This document shows, piece by piece, positions 30,183 through 40,443 of a stretch of 64,000 nucleotides of DNA; position 1 is the stretch's first letter, and each line of letters opens with the position of its first letter. The DNA comes from a bacterium (GTDB lineage: Bacteria; UBA8248): contig OZ245330.1 in the NCBI GenBank assembly GCA_965225985.1, positions 2,010,019 through 2,074,018 on the forward strand. The letters are read 5' to 3'. A program made the position numbers and the translations under genes. The notes below the pieces were generated by a model. It worked only from the letters and a program-made list of their open reading frames with translations, was not told the DNA's origin and searched no databases.

Positions 30183-31499
30183 TTAGGCCTCGCGCGCGCA
30201 AGTGCGAAACCCCACCCAGAGGTCCCGCCGGTCAGGCGTATTGTAGTTGCGATAGTTGTTGCGGATGAGCCGGGAGCGGGTCACCCAACATCCCCCGCGA
30301 AATACTTTTGTGTTTTCGAACAAAGGCTGGGAGTAATCCTTGTACGGGTCCGGCGTGAAGCCGGGAAACGGGAGAAAATCGCTGCTGGTCCACTCCCAAA
30401 CGTTGCCGGCCATCTGCCGGCAGCCGAAGGCGCTGTCCCCCTCGGGATGGGCGCCCACATCGACGCATCCCATGGCCCGCCAGTCGAGGTTGGCCCGCCG
30501 GGGAGCGGGGAAGTCCTCCCCCCAGGGATAGCGGCGCTTCCGTTGGGGAAAACCCTCTCCCCCCGGATCGGGCTCGCCCGAGGCGGCGAGCTCCCATTCG
30601 GCTTCGGTCGGCAGACGGCGCCCCGCCCACCGGCAAAAGGCCCGGGCCTCGTGCCAGCAGACGTGGATCACGGGAAGGTGGGGTTCCAGGGGTACCCACT
30701 TGTCAAAGTGCCGGCGCTGCCACTTTCCGTCCGGCTCCTGCCGCCAATAGGCCGGGTGTTCGGCCCCCGCTTCACTCTTCCATTTCCCGCCCGCATCGTC
30801 CCAGAACTCCTCCTTCCGGTAGCCGCCGCCGTCCACGAAGGCCGCGAATTCCGACTGCGTGACGGGCGCCCGCGCGATGGCGAAAGGCTTCACCTCGACG
30901 GGGTGGGCCCATTTCTCGTTGTCGAAGGCGAAGGGCTCGTCCGGCAGGGCGCCGAGAAGATAGGTGCCGCCGGGGATCGCCGCATCGCCCGGAAGCGGAC
31001 CGCCCCCGATGTCAGCCGCCGCCTGATCCCCGCCCGGAGAGATGGCGAGGCGGGGGGGCGAGTCTCCCAGCGTCTGCCGCGAGTACGTGTAGGCCTCGGT
31101 GTGCATGTCCTCGTGGAGGAGGGAGTAGCGGATGTGGTAGGCCTCTTCGTCGGAGAGGCCGCCGCGCTCGATTCGCCGCAATACGCGCGAGCGTACCTCG
31201 CCCAGGTAGGCCACCATCTCTTCCCGGGAGGGAAGGGGCAGGTCCCACCTCGTATCGTGGGCGATCGCGATGGAATCAAAAAGGGAGTCGCCGTCCTCGC
31301 GAATGGGCTTCTCCCCGCCGCAGTGGCGGAGGACCCACCGCTCCTGAAACCATGCCCCGTGCCCGATTTCCCAGAGCAGGGGGTTCACGATGGCAAGGCG
31401 CGGCCCCATCATGCGCTCGTCTGACAGATCCGCAACGATTTCCAGGGACCGCTCCCGGGCGTCATCCACCCAATCCGCAAGCGTCTCGTCCGAAACCAT
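30183..31499 (-). CDS. EgtB-family sulfoxide synthase (DinB_2 N-domain plus FGE-sulfatase domain; EgtB/SenA-like)
   Basis: 438 aa. N-domain carries the iron-binding HX3HXE motif (LLHEDMHTEAY). C-domain has FGE/SUMF1 signatures (GNVWEWTSS, FRGGCW). Confidence 0.8.
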   Translation of the reverse strand: MVSDETLADWVDDARERSLEIVADLSDERMMGPRLAIVNPLLWEIGHGAWFQERWVLRHCGGEKPIREDGDSLFDSIAIAHDTRWDLPLPSREEMVAYLGEVRSRVLRRIERGGLSDEEAYHIRYSLLHEDMHTEAYTYSRQTLGDSPPRLAISPGGDQAAADIGGGPLPGDAAIPGGTYLLGALPDEPFAFDNEKWAHPVEVKPFAIARAPVTQSEFAAFVDGGGYRKEEFWDDAGGKWKSEAGAEHPAYWRQEPDGKWQRRHFDKWVPLEPHLPVIHVCWHEARAFCRWAGRRLPTEAEWELAASGEPDPGGEGFPQRKRRYPWGEDFPAPRRANLDWRAMGCVDVGAHPEGDSAFGCRQMAGNVWEWTSSDFLPFPGFTPDPYKDYSQPLFENTKVFRGGCWVTRSRLIRNNYRNYNTPDRRDLWVGFRTCAREA

Positions 31500-31618
31500 G
31501 AAACCCCCTTCTAGGCCGGGTATTTCGCGCTGCGCCGAAGATTCATTCTAACCATGGTTCCGCCACACCTCAAACTCGCCTCCCCGGGCGGAGGTTTGTC
31601 GCGCCCAATTCTATGAAC

Positions 31619-32866
31619 CTACTTTCCGGCCGCGGCCTCCACCGTACGCGCGTGGTAGCCGAGGTCTCCCGGCGCCGCCGGCGCTTCCAGGAAACCCGCC
31701 GCCTTGAGGGTGAGGATGTCGTTCGTGCCGTCGGAGTGAAGGAAGCTCAAGGCGTCCCGCATGAGCTTCTCGATGGGATTTTTTCGCATATAGGCCGCCG
31801 CCCCCCAGAGTTCCATCGCCTGCTGGCAGACCTCGACGGACGCTTCGGCGGCGAAGACCTTGCTCAGCATGGCGTTCTTCCGGTCCATTTCATCAAGCTG
31901 GGTGGACCAGGCCGTCCGCCAGAGGTAGGAGCGGGCCGCCTCGATCTTCATGGCCATCCGCGCCAGGCGGATCTGCTGGATCTGATGGCCGATCAGCGGC
32001 CCGCTTCCCTGAATCCTTGCGTGGGCGTATTGGAGTGAAAGCTCATACGCCCGCTGCGCCACGCCGAGAACCGAGGCGCCCGCCTGAATGTTGCTTCCGT
32101 GCTTGATCAGGAGGTTCGCCAGGGCGGGCATCGCCTGGCCGACTCCGCCGATCTGGTCCTCCTCCGGGACTTCCACGTCGTCGAACTGGAGGGTTCCGTT
32201 TTGTACGCACCGCTGGCCCAGCTTGTCCCATACCTCGGGAACGGAAAAACCTTTCGCGTCCGAGGGCACGAGAAAAGCCGTCAGGCTGGTCTGCAAAGGT
32301 CCTTTGCGGTCGGTCCGGCCCACCGTCTGATATACCTTGGCGAGGCCGCCGTTTGAAATGTAGCGCTTCGTCCCGTTGAGAACCCAGCGGGTGCCTTTCT
32401 TCTCGGCGAAGAGCTGCATCCCGGCCCCGGGATTAGGGTTCGGCCAGATGTTATCGCTGCCCGCGGTGGGCTCGGTCCAGGCCGTGGCCAGCAGACACTC
32501 GTCGTCCTCCATCAGACGGGGAATCCACCGCTTGCGCTGATCTTCGGTCGTCATCTGGGAGATGGAGGTCATGATCTTCCAGGTTTGATCGAAGGCCACC
32601 GCCATCCCGAGGTCCCCGTAGGCCAGCGTCTCGCCGATGAGGGCGCAGGTGAGCACGTCAGCGCCCTCGCCTCCGTAACTCTTGGGCACCGTGAGCGTGC
32701 GCAGCCCCAGTTTCGAGGCCTGACGGACGATATCCCAGTCAAAAGACTTTTCCGGATCGGGTATGCGGTCGGCTTTCTCCGCCGCGGGAATCATGGTCTC
32801 CACCGCGAATTTCCGGGCGACCTCCCGCAGATCAAGCTGCCGTGGGGTGAGCTGGAAATCCACCAT
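31619..32866 (-). CDS. Acyl-CoA dehydrogenase family protein
   Basis: ACAD N/M/C domains with a catalytic-base region near the C-terminus (YLWRTAW...AEASVE). Start chosen at MVDFQLTP. Confidence 0.8.
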   Translation of the reverse strand: MVDFQLTPRQLDLREVARKFAVETMIPAAEKADRIPDPEKSFDWDIVRQASKLGLRTLTVPKSYGGEGADVLTCALIGETLAYGDLGMAVAFDQTWKIMTSISQMTTEDQRKRWIPRLMEDDECLLATAWTEPTAGSDNIWPNPNPGAGMQLFAEKKGTRWVLNGTKRYISNGGLAKVYQTVGRTDRKGPLQTSLTAFLVPSDAKGFSVPEVWDKLGQRCVQNGTLQFDDVEVPEEDQIGGVGQAMPALANLLIKHGSNIQAGASVLGVAQRAYELSLQYAHARIQGSGPLIGHQIQQIRLARMAMKIEAARSYLWRTAWSTQLDEMDRKNAMLSKVFAAEASVEVCQQAMELWGAAAYMRKNPIEKLMRDALSFLHSDGTNDILTLKAAGFLEAPAAPGDLGYHARTVEAAAGK

Positions 32867-32925
32867 TTTCCCTTCCTCCTTCTCGTTTAAGTCAAGCGGC
32901 GCGGCCGCGCGCCGCTCCCCCTCCC

Positions 32926-33675
32926 TCAAATTTCAAAATAAGCCCTTATCCGCCCGGCGGCGTGGCGGGCGGTTCCCTCCATCACCTCCCGTACCCGCGC
33001 GGGGGAGGTGTCGCGGATCTCTCCGTACCACCCCGAGGGGTACATCTCGCGCACGTCCTTGGGGATGGCGTAGACGGCGGGGTCCCGCCGAAAACTGTCC
33101 TGGGCCGCCGCGTGCCCCTCCGGAGAGGAGTCGGTGGCGAGATCCAGCTTCACCAGCTCCGGCCGGTCCGCGAGGACGGGCAGGACTTCGAGTTCGCCCC
33201 CGTGGGTGAGGCCCACCTTTTGGCCATAAAGGTCCCTGGCGATGAGGTGGGCGTGAACGATGAGGACCCGCGCCCCTTCGAGCTCGTCTTGGACCCGCTC
33301 GGCGGCGATCTCGATGGGGGGGCGATTCCGCTCGTGCCAGTTGAAGAACACGAATCTTTGCGCGCCGTGGCGGTGGAGGCTTCCGCAAACGTCCAGGAAG
33401 AGGGAAATCATGGTTTCCGCCCGGAGGGTGATCGTTCCGCCGAAGCCCATGTGCAGCGGCGTCACACCGAACGGGCAAAAGTCCACGAGGAGGCCGCCCG
33501 TCAGGGCCGTCACGCGGCGGGCCAGGCTCTCCGCGGCGTAGTAGTCCGTTCCCATCGGCAGGTGGCTGCCGTGCTGCTCGACGCTCCCGACCGGTATGAT
33601 CGCGAGGCGCGTCTCTTCGAGAATTTTCTCCGCCTCCGGGTTCGTCAGCTCCATGAGAGTGCGGGCATTTTCCAT
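32926..33675 (-). CDS. Creatininase family amidohydrolase
   Basis: 249 aa with the creatininase-family metal-binding motif (PVGSVEQHGSHLPMGTD). Confidence 0.7.
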   Translation of the reverse strand: MENARTLMELTNPEAEKILEETRLAIIPVGSVEQHGSHLPMGTDYYAAESLARRVTALTGGLLVDFCPFGVTPLHMGFGGTITLRAETMISLFLDVCGSLHRHGAQRFVFFNWHERNRPPIEIAAERVQDELEGARVLIVHAHLIARDLYGQKVGLTHGGELEVLPVLADRPELVKLDLATDSSPEGHAAAQDSFRRDPAVYAIPKDVREMYPSGWYGEIRDTSPARVREVMEGTARHAAGRIRAYFEI

Positions 33676-34203
33676 CGGTTTCTCCTTGGCCGCCGCCTCG
33701 TTATTCAGGCTCCATGAATTCGATTATGGCTCCGTCCGATCCTTTATATAGAACCGAACCGCCGCGCCGTGGTCCGTGTGGACAAGTTGATTGCGCCCGT
33801 ATTTCAGATCAAACATTTCTCCTTCTGGCAGAAGAATTCAGGCCGATCCGCCCCATTCGATAATTCCCTCAGACTTTGAAGGAAACGATTCGGAACCGTT
33901 TGGCTTTTTCGGGGACAGGCCCACCGGGCGGGCGGCTTCATCCCGGCCATCCCGGGCGGTCCGCCTGACGGGCGATTGTCATATTGCCTATATTGGAGCA
34001 CAAAACCGGCGCTTTGGTGAACGCGGGTCTCGCGGCAGGCGGTTCGCCGGGGCCGCTTTCCCGTGGCGCTGGGTGGGTGGGAACGACTGCATCGTCCGGA
34101 TGGTGGCCTTCGTCCCCAAGGGCGATCTTGGATAAATGGCCTCCGCTTGGGGGGGAGGGTGCGGATAATTTCCCTGGCCGGGCGGAAATAAATCTCCCTG
34201 CCG

Positions 34204-35241
34204 TTACTCCAAATCGTTCATCGTCCGCATTGCCAGGTTTATGAAGCGTGAGAGTAGCTTTTCGTCAAATTGCTCCGTGCTGCTCTTCAGGATGGTGAAG
34301 GCGGACATTCTGGAAATCTTCTTTTTGTAAGACCTCTCCGTCGTAATCGCGTCGAAGGCGTCGGCGATGGTGCACATCCTGCTGAAACGGCCCATTTCTA
34401 TCCCCTTAAGACCGTTCGGATACCCGGAACCGTTGAGGCGCTCATGGTGCTGGAGGACGATTTCTGTAACCTCCTCCGAGAGACCGCCCATCACCTGGAT
34501 CAGGATATCGAAACCCATCTGGGGATGCATTTTGATAACTTTCCATTCTTCTTCGGTGAGGGGGCCGCTCTTGGTGAGGATTTTGAGATCGATGTCTTTT
34601 TTCCCGATGTCGTGAAGGAGGTAGCCTATCCCCAGATCATTCCGAAAAGCGGGGTCCATCTCACCCAGGACGGCGCGGGTGAGCATAGAGGCGTAAAGGA
34701 ATACGTGCAGGGAATGGGTATAGGTGTAATAGTCGTGGATGGTGAGCTCGAAAAAATATTGCAGGGCGTCGGGCTCATCCAACAGCCGGTTCATCGCATC
34801 GACGGTAACCTGGACTTCTTTATACGTTTCCTCGGTAAATTCCTCAAAAACCTTTTGCGTGATGCGGGTCGCGGAGCCGTAGGCGACCTGTGCCTTGGCC
34901 TGGACCGGGAGGGGCGACTGGAGGATTCCGGGGAGATTCGACTCCACGAGCCCCAGCCAGTCGATCTTGGCTTCTTTATTGTAGTAAAGCTTGGCGGTCT
35001 GGCGGGAAATTTCAGGATACGCCTCGATTTGGATGGTGGATTTCGAGGGGAAGAGGAGAACAAGGTCATTCCCGACGGCCTGAAAGAGATCGACCGGGGA
35101 GGGTGTACCCCACGGAAGGTCGGAGAGGCCGATGGGCCGGAGGCGAATGGATTCCTTGCCGGCGGATTGCCCCCGGTCGCGGCCGATTTTCAAATCCAGC
35201 GATGGCTCTCGAATCTTATTCGACGGGCGGGCGGATGGCAT
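34204..35241 (-). CDS. HD-GYP domain c-di-GMP phosphodiesterase with an uncharacterised N-terminal domain
   Basis: HD motif (HSLHV...HDIGK) and GYP motif (HHERLNGSGYP). The ~150-aa N-terminal region has no recognised family. An AT-rich promoter region lies at 35290-35580. Confidence 0.75.
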   Translation of the reverse strand: MPSARPSNKIREPSLDLKIGRDRGQSAGKESIRLRPIGLSDLPWGTPSPVDLFQAVGNDLVLLFPSKSTIQIEAYPEISRQTAKLYYNKEAKIDWLGLVESNLPGILQSPLPVQAKAQVAYGSATRITQKVFEEFTEETYKEVQVTVDAMNRLLDEPDALQYFFELTIHDYYTYTHSLHVFLYASMLTRAVLGEMDPAFRNDLGIGYLLHDIGKKDIDLKILTKSGPLTEEEWKVIKMHPQMGFDILIQVMGGLSEEVTEIVLQHHERLNGSGYPNGLKGIEMGRFSRMCTIADAFDAITTERSYKKKISRMSAFTILKSSTEQFDEKLLSRFINLAMRTMNDLE

Positions 35242-35585
35242 CTAACGGCTCCGGATGACCCAGGGCCCCATCACGAGGGCAGGAAATAACCCTCCAGGAC
35301 CAAGGGCAGATCCCCCTTGGCATTTTCCCGGATCGCACAAATGATCCCGGCGATTTGCCGTGGGACGAAATAAAGATAACGTGATGAATATTACTAATTT
35401 TATATCACTTTACCAGATAATTTGCATAGCAGAGGTATCTTAAATATATATATTCCTATTTTAATAACACCAGGAATCGCCGAAATGTTCCTAATTTTCT
35501 TGCATTTCGGGCAATGCGCCGATTGTCATAAAAACCGGTCAGATGAAAGGCGATGAGTTCTTTCGGGAGATTGCAGGAGGTATTT

Positions 35586-36663
35586 CTACTCAGGCAGCGG
35601 AACCTTGAGCTCCCCGGCGAGCCGGACGATCTCGTCCCAGACGGCTTGGTAGACGGGAACGCCCTCCCGCTCGCGCCGCTCCTTCGCCGCGAAGCCGCGC
35701 TCGCCGGGAATGCGGATTTCCTCAACGCCCGGGGCTTTGGTGGAGTTTTTCACCTCTTCGAGGTGCGGCCCCACCGCCTCGAGGAAGGCCGCCGGCTCGC
35801 CGAAGGCGGAAGGGTCGATTGCGACCACGAGGTTTCCCCGCCTTCCCATCATATATCCTCTTTTTCCGCCCCTGGTGACATGGCCTGCGTCGATGGCGGC
35901 CCGGCCCACCTGTGCCCCCACCAGAGGGCCTGCGAGAAGTCCCACGCACAGGCCCAGGCCATAGCCCTTGTGGCCTCCCAGGGGCGAATTCGCCCCCGCC
36001 GGCGGCGGCGGCCGGATCCCGGGTCGGCAGGCCGTCCGGCCCGACCGCCACCCCCTCGGGCAGCTCCTCCCCGTGCGCCAGGGCCTCGACGATGGTGCCC
36101 GAGGCGAGGGCGCTCGTGGCAAAGTCCAGCAGAACAGGGCCTTTCCCGGGAGCGGGAATGGCGATGGCAAGGGGATTCGTCCCGATCAGGCGGTCCGCGC
36201 CGCCGTAGGGGTGAACCAGGGGGGTGCCGGTCGTCATCACGATTCCGACGAGGCCTTCCCGGGCGATCCGCTCGCCGTAGTAGCCGAGCATGAAAACGTC
36301 GTAGCAATTCCTGACGCCCACCGCGCAGCAACCGGCCTTTTTGGTCTTTTTGACGGCGAGGTCCGCCGCGAACAAAAGCGCCGGTTGGCCCGGCCCGCCC
36401 TCTCCGTCCACCAGGGCGGAGGCCTCCTTTTCGCAAACGATTCTGGGCCTTCCCCCGGGGTTGCTCCGCCCGTCCCGCATGCTGAGCAGCATCGAATGAA
36501 TGTGATCGACGCCCTGGATGGCGTGACCCTTGAGGTCCGCTTCGAGAAAGACCTCGGCGCAGATGGCCGCAGATTCGGACGGCAGGCCCACCGCCATCAG
36601 CAGCCGCCGCATCAGGTCACCCAACGCGTCCGCCTTTATCAGCCGAGCCGGACGTTCCCCCAT
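35586..36663 (-). CDS. Ldh2 family malate/L-lactate/sulfolactate dehydrogenase, frameshifted near 35985
   Basis: N-part (MGERPARLIKADAL...GTNPLAIAIP...) is in the 35722-36708 frame. C-part (PLGGHKGYGLGLCVGLLAGPL...) is in the 35586-36170 frame. Junction at GAATTCGCCCCTGGG (E F A P G versus N S P L G). Confidence 0.6.
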
Positions 36664-36916
36664 TCGGCAGCCTCTCAAAAAGTTGAACGAACCTTCAATC
36701 AAATACAAATCATATACATATGGCTAACTGATAAAGTTTTGCTCGAAGATGCGCGCGCCAGCTTTCCCTTAACGCCTCAATGCGCCTGGGCCGGCCCATG
36801 CGCGAGGGGCCGAAGGATGACGCCGCTCCGCTCCGCGAGCGAACGTGCAATTTATACATTCTATTCCGGGGTTTTTAAAAATGGGAGCGCGGAAGCACTC
36901 CGGGAAAAAGGAAGGA

Positions 36917-38773
36917 CTAGCCCTCTTCTTGATCGATGAGGGCCTCCAGGTTGGGCGGAAGGCTCAGTATCGCGCTCGGTTTTTCCACCATCAGAACGCG
37001 CGATTCTTTTTTCAGCCGGACGAACAAGCGATTGTCCTTCTCGCCTTGGGCAAAGACGAGCGGCCCCAATTTGTTTCCTTTCTTGTCCTCCAGAGCGATC
37101 CGGACGCGGAATTTCTCGAAATCGAAGGGGTCACCCTCTTTCGCGACCGCTACGTACTCTAAGTCTTTGAGGAAGAGCAAAAGGTCTATCACCCTCCTCA
37201 AGTTCGGTTTCTTGTCAGATGGCGCCTTAAGTTCCCAGCCCTCATCGTTCCGGGCCACTTCCGCCCGCTTTCCGCTGGGAAATTCGACTGAGAGCTTGGC
37301 GATGTCGTCTGAGTCTTCAAATACCACGAGGCGGCGGTCACTCAAGGCAAACCCGTCTTTTAGGATTTTTTTGACGTCTTCGGCTTTGAAAGCGAATAGG
37401 CCTTTCTGCCCCTCCATGCGGCCGTAGGCTTTCTTTCCATCGAGAAGGGCGCCGAGGGTGAAGCTCTTCTTCACCTCGGGTGTTTCTTTTTCGCCCTCTT
37501 TCTTCTCCTTGATCCACAAGGTTACCTTGCGGACGGCGCTCTCTCCCTTCCCTTCGGCCAGACCGTATTTTGTGAGGTCCTCACCGGGCGTGTCCGCGAA
37601 TTCGATGACCTTCGCCCATTTGATGTCCCAAAGAACGTCGTCCACGTGCCTGAAATAGGGGGCAATTTTTTTCGTCTCCCCTTCTCCCTTTGTGACATCC
37701 AATTCCCACTTCTTCTTTCCCACACGGCGGGCGTCGATCGCTTCCCCGGGGAGCTCCAACTTCAGTCGGGTAACGTGGTCCACATCGTAATCGAGGATTT
37801 TTTTGTCGCGAATATCGAACGGCTTGAGCGGAAGATCGGTGATTATTTTTTCCGGGACGAGGAAGACAGGCCCTCCCGAGATCCTTCGGCCGTAGAAAAA
37901 CTGCTTCTTCGTTTTCTTCCCCCGCTCCTCCACTTCTTCGCTGATGCCTTTTCCCAGCAAGACTCCGTCTCCGATTTTCCCCGCTTTGTCGGTGAAAATC
38001 CGGACGGTGTAGCGCGCGGGGGCGAGCCCGTAAACGGAAACATCCTTCGGGTCTTCTTCGATGAACCGGTGGACCTTTCCGAATCGAAGGTTGTTGATGA
38101 TATCTTCCGTTTTCCAGATGTCGCTTCCGGCTTTGACGGGCTCAATCAACTCCCATTTTTCCTTCGACAACCGGACGGCGGCAAAGGGTTTCAAGTCCTC
38201 GGGCTCGACGACGATCTTCTTTGCGTCTTCGGCTTTTAGGGGAAGAATGGTCCGGTCCCGAATCTCGAGGATCGGCTTGTCGAAATTATCAATGGTGGAC
38301 TTGCCGGTGGTGAAAACAGGCCCGTCTTTGAGCGAGGCGTACCGGAAATTTTTGGTGGGAGTAAGATTCCCCACCTCCAAAAACAAATCGTCCTGTCCCT
38401 TTAAGCCGAAGTTGATTTTCAGGGAGGATTTTTCCAAACCGAAATCCGCCCGGTTCTGGGCGTTTTCAATCTCGCGCTCCTCTTTGAGGGTCTCGGCCGC
38501 CTGGAGGAGGGCCTCGGCCACGTCCGAGTCAACGGGTGCGTCGATGGGCCTTACAAAGCGCCAGCCCTTTTCCGTGCGTATGAGCTGATAAGGTTCGTTC
38601 TTTCTTTCGACCGCGATCCGGGTGATCTTTTCCTTGTCGATCCCCTTGAGTACCTTTTCGATTCGCTCTTTTTCCGTCTTTTTCTCTGCGGCCCACTTTG
38701 CGTCGTAAAGGTAAAACCCGGTTGCCGCGACTATCAGGACGAGGAGAAGGACGATGTTTTTCTTCGGGTTCAT
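36917..38773 (-). CDS. DUF4340 domain protein (Gld-type ABC system accessory)
   Basis: 618 aa with an N-terminal TM anchor and Lys/Glu-rich repeats. Last gene of the GldA/F/G-like operon. Lower GC than surroundings. Confidence 0.6.
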   Translation of the reverse strand: MNPKKNIVLLLVLIVAATGFYLYDAKWAAEKKTEKERIEKVLKGIDKEKITRIAVERKNEPYQLIRTEKGWRFVRPIDAPVDSDVAEALLQAAETLKEEREIENAQNRADFGLEKSSLKINFGLKGQDDLFLEVGNLTPTKNFRYASLKDGPVFTTGKSTIDNFDKPILEIRDRTILPLKAEDAKKIVVEPEDLKPFAAVRLSKEKWELIEPVKAGSDIWKTEDIINNLRFGKVHRFIEEDPKDVSVYGLAPARYTVRIFTDKAGKIGDGVLLGKGISEEVEERGKKTKKQFFYGRRISGGPVFLVPEKIITDLPLKPFDIRDKKILDYDVDHVTRLKLELPGEAIDARRVGKKKWELDVTKGEGETKKIAPYFRHVDDVLWDIKWAKVIEFADTPGEDLTKYGLAEGKGESAVRKVTLWIKEKKEGEKETPEVKKSFTLGALLDGKKAYGRMEGQKGLFAFKAEDVKKILKDGFALSDRRLVVFEDSDDIAKLSVEFPSGKRAEVARNDEGWELKAPSDKKPNLRRVIDLLLFLKDLEYVAVAKEGDPFDFEKFRVRIALEDKKGNKLGPLVFAQGEKDNRLFVRLKKESRVLMVEKPSAILSLPPNLEALIDQEEG

Positions 38774-40440
38774 CGCAATTTTCGTCTCCGAATGTAGACG
38801 GCGGCTCCGGACAATATGATGAGGAGAGGCATCAGGCCCAAGGCAAACAACTGGACAAAGGCTCCCTCCCCCGCCCCAATGAGCATCGGGGTAGCGACCC
38901 TTGCCTTGGGACGAATGGTAATGAGGTCCTCCTCGCCACTCAGCCAGTTCACTGTATTGAACACCAGATTCGAATTCCCTTGAGCGCCAATGTAAGCGTC
39001 GCTCGCGAAATCAGCGTCGCCGAAAACAACGATACGGGCTTCCGGCACGGAATTCCCGTTCTTCTTCACCGCCTTGCCGGTGAAAGTTTCCAGCTTGACC
39101 CTCACGGCGGCGCCGATAGGAACCGGGCCGTCTTTTTTTGAATTTGTGTCGACAGTAAGTTCGTTGTTCTTTATCAAGGGTTTGACCGTATAACTTCCCT
39201 TGCCCGTCCGGCCGATCGTCTCCGCAGAGAGGCCGCGGTCGGGGTCGTTCTTGGCGGAGACTTTGCGGACCGTCGGAAATACGGTGGCAAGTCCTTTCAG
39301 CTTTTCGGTGATTTTGTGGAGGCCGTAATCCACGACGAAGGGCGTTACCTCGTTCCCTCCTACCAGGGCGAAGCGGACGGAACTCGGATCCACGACGATG
39401 CTGTCCGGGACTTCAAACCCGTATTTGGCAAGAAGGTCGAAGAGGCGCTTGGCGGAGGTGTCCGGTTCGACCAGAACCAGCAGTTTCCCTCCCTTGTTCA
39501 AATACTCCTCGATGGCCTTGGATTCTTTTTCGTCGAGGTCGGTTTTCGGAGCGGCGATGATGATGAGGCTCGAATCTGGGGGCACGCCCTTCTCGCGCAG
39601 GAGGAGGAGATCCTTTACCGCGTAATTTTCGTCGCGAAGGCCCACGGACAGCCCCCGCAAAGACCCCCGGCTTTGCCCCACGTATTGGCGTTCGCCGTGT
39701 CCGGTGAGGAAGTAAACCTTCTTTTGTTCCGTTTGGGTCGTCTTTAGAATTGCGTTGGCGATGGCGTTTTCGGACAGGTCATAGATTTTTTCAGAGCGGA
39801 AATTTTTCTTTTCTTTTCTGTCTTTGTCTGCGCTTTGGGCACCCGAGGATTTGCCCTTTCCTTTTTCCCTATCCTTCTCAAGATGATGAACGATTACAAA
39901 GGTGCCGTAGGCGTCGACATCGTATTTCTTCGCGATCGCCGGATTGGCGTCCAGGTCGACCAAGCGGTAGCTCACCTGCTTCGTTCTTTGCGCATACTGA
40001 TCGAGAATCTCATCCAGAGCCGCTTGGCTGCTTTTTTGCATGAAGGCAAGGACTTCGATCTTCTTCTTTTCGCGGTCAATCTTCTCCAGCAACTGGATGG
40101 ATTTCGGAGAGAGGCTGAAAAATTTGCCGGGTGTCACGTCCCAACGCGTGTAGTGATTCACCGAAATCAATTCAACAACCGTCAACATTCCGGTGACGAT
40201 GACGATCATCGCCAGCACTTGAGCGCCCGTTCGCGTCGTTCGTTGTTGGACGCTTCCTTTCAACTCACCCCAGGTGGACCAAATCGCGTAGGCTAAAAGG
40301 AGCGCCCCAACGAGAGCCGACCCGTATCCCCACCAGTGCTGGCTGCCGGTAAGAGTTGTGTCGCGAGACACCCAGCCGAGGATTCCCAGGGCGAGGAAAA
40401 CGACGGCCAAAATGTAAGTATATAAATATCGGTTATCCAC
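38770..40440 (-). CDS. GldG-like ABC transporter auxiliary component (ABC_transp_aux family)
   Basis: 556 aa with N- and C-terminal TM helices around a large extracytoplasmic domain. Directly downstream of the ABC-2 permease. Confidence 0.65.
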   Translation of the reverse strand: MDNRYLYTYILAVVFLALGILGWVSRDTTLTGSQHWWGYGSALVGALLLAYAIWSTWGELKGSVQQRTTRTGAQVLAMIVIVTGMLTVVELISVNHYTRWDVTPGKFFSLSPKSIQLLEKIDREKKKIEVLAFMQKSSQAALDEILDQYAQRTKQVSYRLVDLDANPAIAKKYDVDAYGTFVIVHHLEKDREKGKGKSSGAQSADKDRKEKKNFRSEKIYDLSENAIANAILKTTQTEQKKVYFLTGHGERQYVGQSRGSLRGLSVGLRDENYAVKDLLLLREKGVPPDSSLIIIAAPKTDLDEKESKAIEEYLNKGGKLLVLVEPDTSAKRLFDLLAKYGFEVPDSIVVDPSSVRFALVGGNEVTPFVVDYGLHKITEKLKGLATVFPTVRKVSAKNDPDRGLSAETIGRTGKGSYTVKPLIKNNELTVDTNSKKDGPVPIGAAVRVKLETFTGKAVKKNGNSVPEARIVVFGDADFASDAYIGAQGNSNLVFNTVNWLSGEEDLITIRPKARVATPMLIGAGEGAFVQLFALGLMPLLIILSGAAVYIRRRKLR

Positions 40441-40443
40441 TTC

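Noticed and set aside
26903-35990. Recurrent GAATTC (EcoRI) containing motifs (26903, 28681, 35981, 10396) as possible vector or linker contamination.
   Set aside because: The contexts differ apart from the 20-bp cocE-flanking repeat. No vector backbone sequence is recognisable, and the flanking DNA is continuous with native genes.
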